Below, one piece after another: positions 1-10,322 of a stretch of 41,402 nt of DNA. Made by a program: the position numbers and the translations under genes. Within the stretch, counting starts at the first letter, position 1. Each line of letters opens with the position of its first letter. Under the pieces are notes generated by a model that did not search any database, had not been told where the DNA came from, and saw only the letters and a program-made list of their open reading frames with translations. Origin of the DNA: Planctomycetota bacterium (lineage in GTDB: Bacteria; Planctomycetota; Phycisphaerae; WQYP01); the NCBI GenBank assembly GCA_021847065.1, contig JAJZVR010000001.1:1-41402 (forward strand), written 5' to 3'.

Positions 1-1
1 C

Positions 2-199
2 CGCGTTAATGGCGTTCATTTCCTGCCGGATAATGGAATTGATTTTCTGCATGGATCGCCAACCCAGCGGAAGCCAGTCGTAAACGCCCGCACTGATGCG
101 GCGAATCAGCCCTGCGCGGATCATGAGTTTATGGGAGAGAATATCCGCGTCCGTTGGCGCTTCGCGGCTGGTAGGAATTAAGGTGCGGGACCAATACAT
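2..199 (-). CDS. proS: Proline--tRNA ligase, N-terminal part (runs off the window edge)
   Basis: Manual translation from ATG at 199 gives MYWSRTLIPTSREAPTDADILSHKLMIRAGLIRRISAGVYDWLPLGWRSMQKI, the typical bacterial ProRS N-terminus. Not in the ORF track. Confidence 0.92.
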   Translation of the reverse strand, partial: MYWSRTLIPTSREAPTDADILSHKLMIRAGLIRRISAGVYDWLPLGWRSMQKINSIIRQEMNAINA

Positions 200-334
200 C
201 AGGGAACACTCCAAAAACGTCCAAAGAGCCGGAAATGGCCTGCAGGTACCGCCCGCCGCCATTTATGGCCGCATCAGTTTGTATAAGCACCGGGGGATAT
301 TTGCAAGCGATCCGGCGGCGAGCCAATGGCTGAA

Positions 335-1429
335 CTACATGGTTTCCACCGCGCGCGGAAAGCTCCCCAGAATGGCCAGATGCAGGCAATGAGAGCGTAC
401 TTCTTCCAATGCCTTTTTCAATGCCGGGTCTTCACTGTGCCCGACCAGATCAGTAAAGAAGTAATATTCAAAATTACGCTTCTGGCTGGGGCGCGTATCA
501 ATATTGGTGAGATTAATGCCATGCTTGCGGAACACATCGAGTACATCCACCAATGCCCCGGATTTATGAGCTGTGGTGAAAATAATAGACGTTTTGTCAT
601 CGCCGCTGCGGCGCGGCGGTTGCCGGCCAATAACCAGAAATCGCGTGACATTATTGGGATTGTCTTCAATATTGGCGAAAAGTGTTTTTAGCAAATAAAG
701 CTCGGCAGCCAGGGACGATCCGATGGCGGCGGCATGGGGTTCCGCGGCTGCGAGTTCCGCCGCCTTGCTGCTCGATGCCACTGGTAACCGCTGCACATCC
801 GGCATGGTGGCATTGAGCCAGCGCCGACACTGATTCAGCACTTCCGGTTTGCTGTAAACTTTTTTCACTTCTCCCGGCTCACACAATGCCAGCAGATGAT
901 GATGCACGATGATCTGCATTTCCGCCACAATGGTAACGTGCGGATATTCAATAAACGCGTCCATCGTTTCCACAATGCCACCAATGGTCGAATTCTCAAT
1001 GGGGGCCAGGCCCATATCCGCATGGCCGCGCGCCACTTCATCAAATACACTGGCGATATCAGCCACCGGCTCGTGATCCACGGATGAACCAAATTTTTTA
1101 ACGGATGCCAGATGGGAGAAACTTCCCTTAGGCCCCAGATAAGCGATGCGCAGGGGCTTTTCCAAAGCGAAACTGCCGGACATCAATTCGCGGTAAATGG
1201 CCTCCAGGCACGCATCGGGTAATGGTCCGCCGACACTTTTATTGGCATTGCGAATGCGCTCAAGAACGATCTTTTCCCGGTCCGGCGCGTAGATTGGCGC
1301 ATTGGATTGCTGTTTAATTTTACCTATTTCCACGACTATGCGTGCCCGCGCGTTAAGTAATTCGACAATATTGTGATCAAGTTGATCAATGCGTTGCCTT
1401 AGCGATTCCAATGGATCTGATTGTGTCAT
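335..1429 (-). CDS. pheA: Chorismate mutase / prephenate dehydratase (P-protein)
   Basis: CM domain LRQRIDQLD..LLNAR, PDT motifs IAYLGPKGSFSH, PIENS and NVTRFLVI, C-terminal ACT domain (INLTNIDTRPS). Start placed at MTQSD (ATG 1429). Confidence 0.95.
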   Translation of the reverse strand: MTQSDPLESLRQRIDQLDHNIVELLNARARIVVEIGKIKQQSNAPIYAPDREKIVLERIRNANKSVGGPLPDACLEAIYRELMSGSFALEKPLRIAYLGPKGSFSHLASVKKFGSSVDHEPVADIASVFDEVARGHADMGLAPIENSTIGGIVETMDAFIEYPHVTIVAEMQIIVHHHLLALCEPGEVKKVYSKPEVLNQCRRWLNATMPDVQRLPVASSSKAAELAAAEPHAAAIGSSLAAELYLLKTLFANIEDNPNNVTRFLVIGRQPPRRSGDDKTSIIFTTAHKSGALVDVLDVFRKHGINLTNIDTRPSQKRNFEYYFFTDLVGHSEDPALKKALEEVRSHCLHLAILGSFPRAVETM

Positions 1430-1632
1430 AATTCCCGTGCCTCTGCTTTTCGAGTCATTTCGGCTGCGGTCCGCCGTGGCGAACCGCATTGTCTTATGGG
1501 AATCCTAATCGCCGGTATCCCGATGAGCAACGCCACGGGGCGTAAAACCGCAACCATGGCCTCTTAAACATCCGCTGGCCAGGAAAATATCCGGGCAACG
1601 CAATAGCCATTTGTACAGCCCTCGTGCTACAA

Positions 1633-2742
1633 CTATGCGTTGTCAAATAAATTATGCGCCGGGCAGAAGCCGCGCTGGGAAAAATAAGCCATGGCTTCAT
1701 CCACGGTTGTAAAGAGTCTGGTCGCGGTCTGCGTGACAAACGGGCTGGGAGCGGTTTTTGGCCGCCATATTACATATACTTCCCGCGCATGATCATAGGC
1801 GTGCTGGAGTTCTCGTTCCACTCCGCTGGATAAGCCGGGACGGCCATCGGAGAGTTCTGGAATATAAGATACGATCATGTCACTTTGCCGCACCATCATG
1901 AAATCACGGGCGTAAATCTGACCATTGATGTCGCCACCGATGGATAATATTTCCGGCACACGCAACTGCACAGATCCGCCGGACGCTTCGACGTTTAATG
2001 TCTGGCGTCCCTCCTCAACGGCGGATACCGCGGCGTCATACAGCATTTTTTCGTCCACATCGCCGGGGTCGAAGGTGATAAATTTATCAGCCATCGATCT
2101 GCGAAAGGCGTTGATGTCATGGAGTATATCCGGCATATTCATGACATGGCTCATGGGAAAACTGGGATACACTTTCCGCATACCGGGCCGCATGAGCAGC
2201 CGAAACAACGTCAATGCGGTGCTGGCGTGCCTACCGCGCGCCAGAACATAAAAGGCCCCCGGATGCTGCGCGTTGGCCCGGGCCATGAGTTCTGTGGCCA
2301 GAATTTCTTCTTCCCGCCAGACCATTAAATCCTTGAGACTGTGATCCACATTGTGATCCCGCAGCAATCTTTGGTGCACCGATTCCACATTGTCCAGCAA
2401 CGTGACATAAATATCCGCCTGAAGCTGCGCCAGTTGATCGAAATCAAACGCTGCGAAAAGACCATGTTTCCAGCGAAATGTCGCATGGGAATTAATCACC
2501 ACATGGGGATGATTGGGCAGATCGGCCAGAATATCCCGAAACACCGCGCGGCGCAGGCTCGTTAAGCGCGAAAGCGGCAAATCCAGAATACGCCCGGGTT
2601 TTACATCTGGTGCTTCGCGGTACATCATGTCCCCGACATGAAATACCTTCAGCGGCTCGCCATGTGAACGGGCGATTGATTCCACCTGATTCAGATAGGC
2701 CTGCCGATCCAGTCCCACTTGTCCGGTTAATAACATTCTCAT
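1633..2742 (-). CDS. Archaeal-type adenylate-kinase-like P-loop domain fused to a nucleoside 2-deoxyribosyltransferase-like domain
   Basis: N-term LLTGQVGLDR..VFHVGDMM..VVINSHATF resembles AdkA. C-term RDFMMVRQSDMIVSY..SSGVERELQHAY..VYVIW resembles the NDT fold. GAAGGAG RBS precedes ATG 2742. Confidence 0.6.
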   Translation of the reverse strand: MRMLLTGQVGLDRQAYLNQVESIARSHGEPLKVFHVGDMMYREAPDVKPGRILDLPLSRLTSLRRAVFRDILADLPNHPHVVINSHATFRWKHGLFAAFDFDQLAQLQADIYVTLLDNVESVHQRLLRDHNVDHSLKDLMVWREEEILATELMARANAQHPGAFYVLARGRHASTALTLFRLLMRPGMRKVYPSFPMSHVMNMPDILHDINAFRRSMADKFITFDPGDVDEKMLYDAAVSAVEEGRQTLNVEASGGSVQLRVPEILSIGGDINGQIYARDFMMVRQSDMIVSYIPELSDGRPGLSSGVERELQHAYDHAREVYVIWRPKTAPSPFVTQTATRLFTTVDEAMAYFSQRGFCPAHNLFDNA

Positions 2743-2830
2743 TGTAAAGCGTTCTCCTTCAAGCGGGGCATTATAGCCGAAGGGTGCTTCGAGCTTGGGC
2801 TTCCGCAATTTTGGCTGCACAGAGTCGGTA

Positions 2831-4135
2831 TTATCTGAATTTTCGGAGAATCAGCGTATCATTCTGACCGCCGAACCCGAAACTGTTGGACATGGCCACA
2901 TCCACCTTAATTTTCCGGGCGTGATTGGGGACATAATCCAAATCACACTCCGGATCAGGCACGCTGTAATTGGCGGTGGGGGGAATAATCTGATCCCGGA
3001 TACACAGCACGCAGGTAATGGCCTCTACGGCCCCGGCGGCGGCGATAAGATGTCCCATCATGCTCTTGATACTGCTGATGGGGACCTGCTTGGCATGTTC
3101 TTTAAATACGCCTTTGATGGCAAATGTTTCAGTGGAGTCATTCTCTTTGGTGCCGGTGCCATGGGCGTTGATGTAATCAATATCCGTGGTTTGCATTTCC
3201 GCGTCGCGCAGAGCCGATTCAATGGCCACAATGGCCCCTCGACCTTCGGGATGCTGGTCAGTCACGCGATAGGCATCGGCACTGCTGCCATAACCGACCA
3301 CCTCCGCCAGAATTTTCGCGCCCCGGGCTTGCGCATGGGAGAGGCTCTCTAAAATTAACACGCCGGCACCTTCCCCGATGACAAAACCGCTGCGCGTGGC
3401 GTCAAAAGGACGGCATGAACGTTTGGGATTTTCATTAAATGTGGACAGGGCTGTCAATCGGTTAAAGCCGGTTACGCCGAAGGGATGGATCATGGAATGG
3501 GCACCACCGGAGATAATAACTTCCGCATCACCTCGGCGGATCAGCTCCGCCGCTTCACCAAGAGCCTGTGTGGAAGCGGCGCACGCGGTGAGGCAATTGA
3601 TGGCTGGACCGCGCGCGTCAAATTCCATGCTTAAATGCGAGATGGGCATGGCGGGTTCCTGCTCGATTTCCCGCAGGGCATTAAACGAATGCAATGCCCG
3701 CTGACCCCATTGGGCCATATTCATGCCGCGTGCTTCCTGGTTCCATGACCCCAATGCGGCCTGCGTGAAATTATCAAAATCCAGCGCCGCATCACCGGTG
3801 CCCATATACACCGCAACGGAATACGGATCCACTGTCGAAGACTCTTTTGATCCGGGCATTGGCAGGCCCGCCATGCGCCAGGCCTGATGCGCGGCATCCA
3901 GGGCAAACCCGGTGGCCCGGCTGATTTCCTCATGCTTGCCGGAAGATCTGAGATTTTCCGGAAGCTGGTAATTTTTTACCTCTGCCGCGAACTGCGTGGG
4001 GAAAAACCGCGCATCGAACAATGTCGTTGGCGCAATACCGCTTTCACCTGCCAGCAGTTTCGCCCAAACTTCATCAATCGTTCGGCCAAGGGGCGTAACC
4101 CATCCGATTCCCGTTATCACCACACGATTTCTCAT
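2831..4135 (-). CDS. fabF: Beta-ketoacyl-ACP synthase II
   Basis: RVVITGIG start, catalytic TACAAS, YINAHGTGT, KSMMGHL and SNSFGFGG all intact. Confidence 0.9.
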   Translation of the reverse strand: MRNRVVITGIGWVTPLGRTIDEVWAKLLAGESGIAPTTLFDARFFPTQFAAEVKNYQLPENLRSSGKHEEISRATGFALDAAHQAWRMAGLPMPGSKESSTVDPYSVAVYMGTGDAALDFDNFTQAALGSWNQEARGMNMAQWGQRALHSFNALREIEQEPAMPISHLSMEFDARGPAINCLTACAASTQALGEAAELIRRGDAEVIISGGAHSMIHPFGVTGFNRLTALSTFNENPKRSCRPFDATRSGFVIGEGAGVLILESLSHAQARGAKILAEVVGYGSSADAYRVTDQHPEGRGAIVAIESALRDAEMQTTDIDYINAHGTGTKENDSTETFAIKGVFKEHAKQVPISSIKSMMGHLIAAAGAVEAITCVLCIRDQIIPPTANYSVPDPECDLDYVPNHARKIKVDVAMSNSFGFGGQNDTLILRKFR

Positions 4136-4189
4136 TATTGCTCCAGTAGAATCAGGTTTACACCTGATAAATTGATTCTGTTTTGTGAT

Positions 4190-5533
4190 TTAAGCATAGC
4201 GTCGTAAAACCACGGCGGAATTTTGCCCCGCGATGGAACCCGTGCTTACCAGCACATGCTGCAATGCCGCCGTATGAGTCTGTTGGGGCACATGAAGTCC
4301 GCCAATGGGATTGGTGCAATTCACGGCGCCGGGCACTGTCTGATGATGCAGGGCCATCGCCGCCGCCGCCAGATCCAGTGCCTGTGCCCCGGCCCCGGCA
4401 TCACCGAGACCGCCCCGGATCGCCACGACCTGTGGACGCAAAGAACCAAATACATGATTGATCGCCGATGCCTCGGCCCGATCATGGCTGGCGATGGCGT
4501 AGCCGCTGGGGATAACCATCTGAACCTCGGCCGGATTTGTGCCCGCGTCCTTCATGGATTTCTGTATGGCCACCGCCATCGCTTCTCCCGCCGGATCAGG
4601 TCCGGCAATTCCCCGGGCGCTGGAGGAGGCACCAAGGCCGGCAACTTCGGCATAAATTTTTCCACCGCGCGCCAATGCATGCTGAAGTTCCTCAATAATC
4701 AATACACTGCCACCCTCGGCAATGACCGTTCCGCTGGCGGCCTGATCCATGGGCCGACATGCCATTTCCGGATGCTGATTTCCCTGGGTTGTCAGTCGAT
4801 TTAATAATGTCCAGCGCATCAGCCCCATGGGGTGTACCATGGATTCGCACCCGCCGACCAGGGCAATATCCGCATGACCGCGTTGAATGGTCCGACAGGC
4901 CTCGGCCAAAGCCAATCCGGCCGAAGCCTGTTGGCACGTAATGGTATTGGAAGGCCCCTGCGTGTCATGAATAATGCTGACATGGCATGCCAGCATGTTA
5001 GGCAGATATTTCAGCAGCCACAACGGCGTCAGCAGATCCATGCCGCTGGGTTTGGTCGGATCATCTGATTTTCCCCATTTTTGCAAACTCAGTCTGCCAT
5101 CATCCCCCTTGGCCGGTGCCATGGCCGCCGCCAACTCGTTGAGATCGGCACAAATTAAACCCGCACCGATATTGCAGCCGATTCGCCGTGAGTCCACTTC
5201 AAACCAGCTCTCGTCGGGCTTTTTTCCGCCAAATGTTTCCATAACTCCGCGCGTGACCAAATGCGCGTCACGGACGGCACCATCGGCCGCCAATACGGCC
5301 AGTTCAATATCACGGGCCATAATTTTCGTGGCCTTGCGATAACTTTTCGGTACATAGTCCATGGTTTTAAAAGCGGGTACCTGCCCGGCAATCCGGCTGG
5401 GAAATGCGACCGGATCAAACGCCGACAGCGGAGCAATGGCCGATCGCATTTCAGTCAGGCCCTTCCACAAATCCCCGCTGGTTAAACCATGCGGGCAAAC
5501 CGCTCCAATTCCAGTAATGACAACGCGCCGCAT
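4190..5533 (-). CDS. Ketosynthase-family protein lacking catalytic residues (chain-length-factor-like)
   Basis: KS fold. GPSNTITCQQAS aligns with GPAINCLTACAA, putting Gln at the Cys position. Both His motifs are replaced (VIPSGYA, RGGLGDA). Confidence 0.8.
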   Translation of the reverse strand: MRRVVITGIGAVCPHGLTSGDLWKGLTEMRSAIAPLSAFDPVAFPSRIAGQVPAFKTMDYVPKSYRKATKIMARDIELAVLAADGAVRDAHLVTRGVMETFGGKKPDESWFEVDSRRIGCNIGAGLICADLNELAAAMAPAKGDDGRLSLQKWGKSDDPTKPSGMDLLTPLWLLKYLPNMLACHVSIIHDTQGPSNTITCQQASAGLALAEACRTIQRGHADIALVGGCESMVHPMGLMRWTLLNRLTTQGNQHPEMACRPMDQAASGTVIAEGGSVLIIEELQHALARGGKIYAEVAGLGASSSARGIAGPDPAGEAMAVAIQKSMKDAGTNPAEVQMVIPSGYAIASHDRAEASAINHVFGSLRPQVVAIRGGLGDAGAGAQALDLAAAAMALHHQTVPGAVNCTNPIGGLHVPQQTHTAALQHVLVSTGSIAGQNSAVVLRRYA

Positions 5534-5740
5534 GAAGTCTCCGCATCAAGTTAAAATCTGCCGCATCAGATATCCTGTTGGCTTCTGAACCGTCAGAATA
5601 GGAATTCTATGGCGTAATGGCCGCAATTCCAACCCCTCCGAGCCTGTCCGTGTAATGGCCGCGATTGCACCCCGGCGATTCCGTGGAGTGTCTCCGGGGG
5701 GCCGTAAAGCCTCCGCTGGCAGGCTTCACCGCTGTACGTT

Positions 5741-6757
5741 ATGCTTTTGCCGATGATTCAATGTCCTGAACATAACAATGCTATAGACAACGGCATGGGC
5801 CGCAAAAGGGGCCAATTTCGCGCAACCGTTCTTGCCAATACGAATATATGCCGCGAACATTTTCTTTTGAAATTACGCGTGCCCGATTTTCCAGCCAGTG
5901 AACCGGGGCAATTTGTTCAGGTGTTGTGCCCGCCCTTGGACGGTTCTGCAGAAAAGCCGGCAGGGGAGAGCGAATCACAATATCATGAAGTAGTTTGGGA
6001 ACTTGGAACTCTACCGCCGCAGCTTCATGATCCAGATTTTCTTGGATCAGAACCGTATCTCCGTCGGCCATTTTCCATAGCGGGGCGGCGGGATGATCCA
6101 GCAAATACCTGCAGCGACATAGATTTAATTTATCGGGTTATCGGCAAGGCCACCGGGCGCATGGCGACGTTGGCTATGGGCGATTCGATCTCCATCCTTG
6201 GGCCGTTGGGCAATGCCTTTCCGATGCCGAAAGCGATGCGTTCGGCGCTGCTGGCGGGTGGGGGGGTAGGGATACCACCGATGATTTACCTGGCGGAAAA
6301 ATTCCAACGTGCGGGGATTAGGGCGATCGCTTTTATTGGTGCGCAAAAAGCGGATCTTATTCCATTGCATATTACCGGAGCCGTTGGAACGCAGCCCACG
6401 TCCAACGTGCGGGAATTCGCGGCGTTTAATACCCAAACAGTTGTAGCAACTGACGATGGATCACTGGGCAACAAGGGTTTTGTGACGCAGAGTCTGGAAA
6501 GATTCTGCGAAACATCTCCGGATGCCGGAGCTGTGGTATTCTGCTGTGGACCAACGCCGATGATGCGGGCCACCGCGCTGGTTGCCGCCAAGCTCAAACT
6601 GCCATGTTACGCATCTTTGGAGCAGCCGATGGCCTGCGGTATGGGTACATGTCAAAGCTGCGTCATTAAATACCGGCCCGATGGTGTCGAAGATTGGGTA
6701 TATAAACTTACATGCAAAGACGGCCCGGTATTTAACACAACGGATATAATGTGGTGA
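5741..6757 (+). CDS. pyrK: Dihydroorotate dehydrogenase electron transfer subunit (FAD, 2Fe-2S); start uncertain
   Basis: PGQFV, LRRPFSI, GPLGNAF, GGGVGIPP, CGPTPMM and EQPMACGMGTCQSC..CKDGPVF motifs. Confidence 0.85.
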   Translation: MLLPMIQCPEHNNAIDNGMGRKRGQFRATVLANTNICREHFLLKLRVPDFPASEPGQFVQVLCPPLDGSAEKPAGESESQYHEVVWELGTLPPQLHDPDFLGSEPYLRRPFSIAGRRDDPANTCSDIDLIYRVIGKATGRMATLAMGDSISILGPLGNAFPMPKAMRSALLAGGGVGIPPMIYLAEKFQRAGIRAIAFIGAQKADLIPLHITGAVGTQPTSNVREFAAFNTQTVVATDDGSLGNKGFVTQSLERFCETSPDAGAVVFCCGPTPMMRATALVAAKLKLPCYASLEQPMACGMGTCQSCVIKYRPDGVEDWVYKLTCKDGPVFNTTDIMW

Positions 6758-6845
6758 CGTTCGGGCATTGGTGGTGGAAGAGTCCGGCCAGCAAACCCGG
6801 GGTATTTTCGCCGCGCACGGCCCGCAAAACATGGAGTATGGGTGA

Positions 6846-7988
6846 TTGAATAACATTGTACATCTGGTTGATCCCACCAGTGGAATGGACGTATTGGATA
6901 CGATTGCCCTGGCGGTAAACTGCGTGCCGGGCAAGCACCATGTTTTGATTTTTGGGCATAATGGCTGGCTCGGTGCGGCCATTGAGGCGGGAATTCCGAA
7001 AAAATCCATTACCTGGAGCCGAACCTTGGCGCGGTGGGATCCCACCATGGGCCGCGCGTTAACACAATGGGTAAAAAAAAATAATCCCACGCATATTCAT
7101 GCGTGGGGATATTGGAGTATCGCCGCCGCCAGCCGCCTGCGTGGCTTTTCCGGCGCACGGATCGCGTTTATTCAATCGCCTCCGACAGCAACGCAATTCC
7201 GACAATTGCAACGGAATATGACACGAGTGGTCTGGTTGCTTATTACGCCCTGGCGATGCGTTCAGACGGCACTGCTCGCCGGCGGGATGCCTCATAATAA
7301 CGTTGTGCGCATCAGTCCGGCGGGTTGGCTGGCACCGGTGGCGAAGGCGTTGCCGCAAAACTTACGGCGATCTCTGGGAATGCAGGCTCGGGAGGGGCCA
7401 GTGGTGTTTCTCGGTGGTTGGTCGGAGGAATCGATCCGGCATGATATGGGAATTTGGGCGGTGGGCATTGTGGCGGAATCCAATGCAGATCTTTGGGCGT
7501 TGATCCGAAATGATGACGTGCCGCGGAAAGAGGCGGTTAATCCGTATGCCGGTTACCAGTCCTTTGCGCGAACGCTCAAAGACCCGCAACTCGTGACGAT
7601 TGCTCCGGCTCGGTATACCTGGGGCCAATTGGCGGGCGTTGCGGATTTTTTCCTCTTTGCACCGAAGCGGGAGGCAGGGGTAAGCAGTCTGTTAGCGGCC
7701 ATGGCACTGGGAAAGCCGATTATCAGCGCCAAGACGGATCAGGTTTGTGAATTATTGGAAAATGGAACCAGCGCTCTTTTAGCTCCGCCAGACGATCCGC
7801 GCGAATTGGCCGCAAGACTCAATGCGCTAATTGAAAACAAAACATTGGCCGTCAAAATCGGCTTGGGTGCCAAGGCCGCATACGATGACCTGGCCCGCCC
7901 GGAATTATTCAGTAGTCAGTTGGATTCCATTCATGGGCAACTCACGGGCGATCCGGGTCTGAAAGAACCCATCCAAATGCCGTCTTAA
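6846..7988 (+). CDS. Glycosyltransferase family 4-like (GT-B fold) protein
   Basis: HIHAWG; ADFFLFAP..LLAAMALGKPII..LENGTSALLAPPDDPRELA is a GT4-type C-terminal domain. Confidence 0.75.
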   Translation: MNNIVHLVDPTSGMDVLDTIALAVNCVPGKHHVLIFGHNGWLGAAIEAGIPKKSITWSRTLARWDPTMGRALTQWVKKNNPTHIHAWGYWSIAAASRLRGFSGARIAFIQSPPTATQFRQLQRNMTRVVWLLITPWRCVQTALLAGGMPHNNVVRISPAGWLAPVAKALPQNLRRSLGMQAREGPVVFLGGWSEESIRHDMGIWAVGIVAESNADLWALIRNDDVPRKEAVNPYAGYQSFARTLKDPQLVTIAPARYTWGQLAGVADFFLFAPKREAGVSSLLAAMALGKPIISAKTDQVCELLENGTSALLAPPDDPRELAARLNALIENKTLAVKIGLGAKAAYDDLARPELFSSQLDSIHGQLTGDPGLKEPIQMPS

Positions 7989-8051
7989 CAATCGGATTTG
8001 GCAAAACCGGCCCGTCAATGGTAGTCTCATATTGCTGAATTTCAGTATGAT

Positions 8052-10217
8052 GTGAAGAAAGCTGCGGATTCTGATATGACCCCCATCACCGAAAACACCC
8101 CGGCCAACCCGCGAGCACTTACGGGAGGACAGCCAGATATTCACTTTTTCAACCGGGATTTGAGCTGGCTGGATTTTAACGCGCGCGTGCTGCATGAAGC
8201 GGCCGACCCGCGAAATCCATTATTGGAGCGATTAAAATTTCTGGCGATTTTTGCCAGCAACACCGATGAATTTTTCATGAAGCGCATCGGCCTTCTGAAA
8301 CGGTGGATTATTAACAAACCCAATGAAACCGGCCCCGATGGCCTGACCCATCGCCGACAGCTTGAATTAGTGCGGCAACGTCTTGCGGATATGGGGGCGC
8401 GGCAGCATGACATCTGGAGCCGGGAACTTCGGCCCCTGCTGGCGGAAGCGGGCATTACGTTGCGTCGATATGAGCAACTCACCGAAGGGCAGCAGGCGCA
8501 TGCGGCAGAATATTTTACGCGCTATATTTTTCCCGTGCTGACGCCTCTGGCGGTGGATCCGGGGCATCCATTTCCATTTATCAGCAATTTAAGTATTTCC
8601 ATCGGGGTGCTTCTGCGGCAACCGGCCCTGCCGGAGGCGCTATTTGCCCGGGTGAAAGTGCCGCGGTTGTTTCCACGCTGGTTTAAGCTTGAAGAGCTGT
8701 CGGGCACTATTTTTGTGCCTCTGGAAAGCCTGATTCAGGGGCAGCTTGAAATGCTCTTTCCGGGAATGCACGTTTTAGAATCACAGATTTTCCGGGTTAC
8801 ACGCAGTGCGGAAGTGGAAGCTGCGGAAGATATTGAGGATTCTGAAGATCTGCTGGAAGAAGTGCAGGAGGAATTGCGGGCTAGGCGATTTGCGGAAACG
8901 GTGCGGGTACAGATTTCCGCGGGCATGTCCGAAGAAATGCGGCATTATTTAACCGACGGCTTGGAATTGCACACGGAAGATTTGGAGGAAGAGCCGGAGC
9001 CATTGGGGTTGGCGGACATGATGAGCCTGGCGACATTGGATATTCCCGCATTGCGGATGCCGACGTGGACGCCTGTTTGCGCTCCCGCATTGGCTGATGC
9101 GGATGCCAGTATTTTTGCCATCATCCGGCAAAGCGACATTCTGGTGCATCATCCGTACGAAAGTTTTAACAGTTCCGTTGAACGCTTTATTCTTTCAGCC
9201 GTTAATGATCCGCAGGTATTGGCCATTAAAATGACCCTTTACCGAACCAGCGGCGATTCGCCATTTGTACCGGCGTTGGCGCGAGCGGCGGAAATGGGTA
9301 AGCAGGTGGCCGTGCTGGTGGAACTCAAGGCACGGTTTGATGAAGAAAGTAATATTCAATGGGCGCAGGCGCTGGAAAGTGCCGGAGCACATGTCGTATA
9401 TGGTATTCTGGGGTTAAAAACCCATACCAAAATAGCCCTGGTGGTGCGGCGGGAAGATAACGCCGTGAAATCTTACGCCCATATTTCCACAGGAAATTAC
9501 AATTCACGAACCGCCGAGGTTTACACCGATCTAGGGCTGTTTACCTGCCGCGAGGATATTTGTGAAGATGTGGTGAATCTCTTTTCATTTCTCACGGGCC
9601 GGTCCCTGAAAAGTGATTATCATAAATTGCTGGTGGCACCGGTGACGATGCGGCAGCGATTCCGGGAAATGATTCAGCGCGAAGCGGTTCATGCACAGGC
9701 TGGCCGTCCGGCGAGAATTATAGCGAAAATGAATGCCCTTGAGGATACGGAAATTATTGAAGCGCTCTACCGGGCTTCACAGGCGGGTGTAAAAATAGAC
9801 TTAATTGTGCGCGGATTCTGTTGCTTGCGTCCGGGAGTTGCGGGTTTAAGCGAAAATATTCGCATTATCAGCATTGTGGGCAGATTTCTTGAACACTCCC
9901 GTATTTTTTGGTTCCATAACAACGGACAGGACGAAATATACATGGGGTCGGCAGACTGGATGAGCCGAAATTTAAGCCACCGCGTGGAAGCGGCCACCCC
10001 CATTGAAAATCCGTTGCTTTCCCAGCGGATGCGTGAGATTCTGGATATTATGCTCGCGGATAATCGACAGGCTTGGGAACTTGGTTCAGATGGTGCCTGG
10101 ACCCAACGGCACCCCGCCGCGGAAGAGCCGGAACGTAGCAGCCAGACGCGGCTGCTGCAATTAGCCATTGAACGGCAACACGCCATTGCCAAAGCTGTAA
10201 ACAACGCGTTGCGGTAA
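8052..10217 (+). CDS. ppk1: Polyphosphate kinase 1
   Basis: FNRDLSWLDFNARVL, VDPGHPFPFISN, HHPYESF, KTHTK, GRFLEHSR and GSADWMSRNL. Confidence 0.97.
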   Translation: MKKAADSDMTPITENTPANPRALTGGQPDIHFFNRDLSWLDFNARVLHEAADPRNPLLERLKFLAIFASNTDEFFMKRIGLLKRWIINKPNETGPDGLTHRRQLELVRQRLADMGARQHDIWSRELRPLLAEAGITLRRYEQLTEGQQAHAAEYFTRYIFPVLTPLAVDPGHPFPFISNLSISIGVLLRQPALPEALFARVKVPRLFPRWFKLEELSGTIFVPLESLIQGQLEMLFPGMHVLESQIFRVTRSAEVEAAEDIEDSEDLLEEVQEELRARRFAETVRVQISAGMSEEMRHYLTDGLELHTEDLEEEPEPLGLADMMSLATLDIPALRMPTWTPVCAPALADADASIFAIIRQSDILVHHPYESFNSSVERFILSAVNDPQVLAIKMTLYRTSGDSPFVPALARAAEMGKQVAVLVELKARFDEESNIQWAQALESAGAHVVYGILGLKTHTKIALVVRREDNAVKSYAHISTGNYNSRTAEVYTDLGLFTCREDICEDVVNLFSFLTGRSLKSDYHKLLVAPVTMRQRFREMIQREAVHAQAGRPARIIAKMNALEDTEIIEALYRASQAGVKIDLIVRGFCCLRPGVAGLSENIRIISIVGRFLEHSRIFWFHNNGQDEIYMGSADWMSRNLSHRVEAATPIENPLLSQRMREILDIMLADNRQAWELGSDGAWTQRHPAAEEPERSSQTRLLQLAIERQHAIAKAVNNALR

Positions 10218-10322
10218 GTTAAGTGCCCGATGCGGCGGCCACCGGTAAATAAGGCTCACCGCAAATTTGACGTAAAGTGCGTTAAAGTATACTCTTAATA
10301 ATCTTCGCTTCGGCGAACCCTT

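Noticed and set aside
96..10204. Numerous short antisense or overlapping ORFs in the core region
   Set aside because: Shadow frames of well-supported housekeeping genes.
10267..10295. Sigma70 promoter for the tRNA (TTGACG..TATACT)
   Set aside because: The spacer is only 15 bp; plausible but not supportable.
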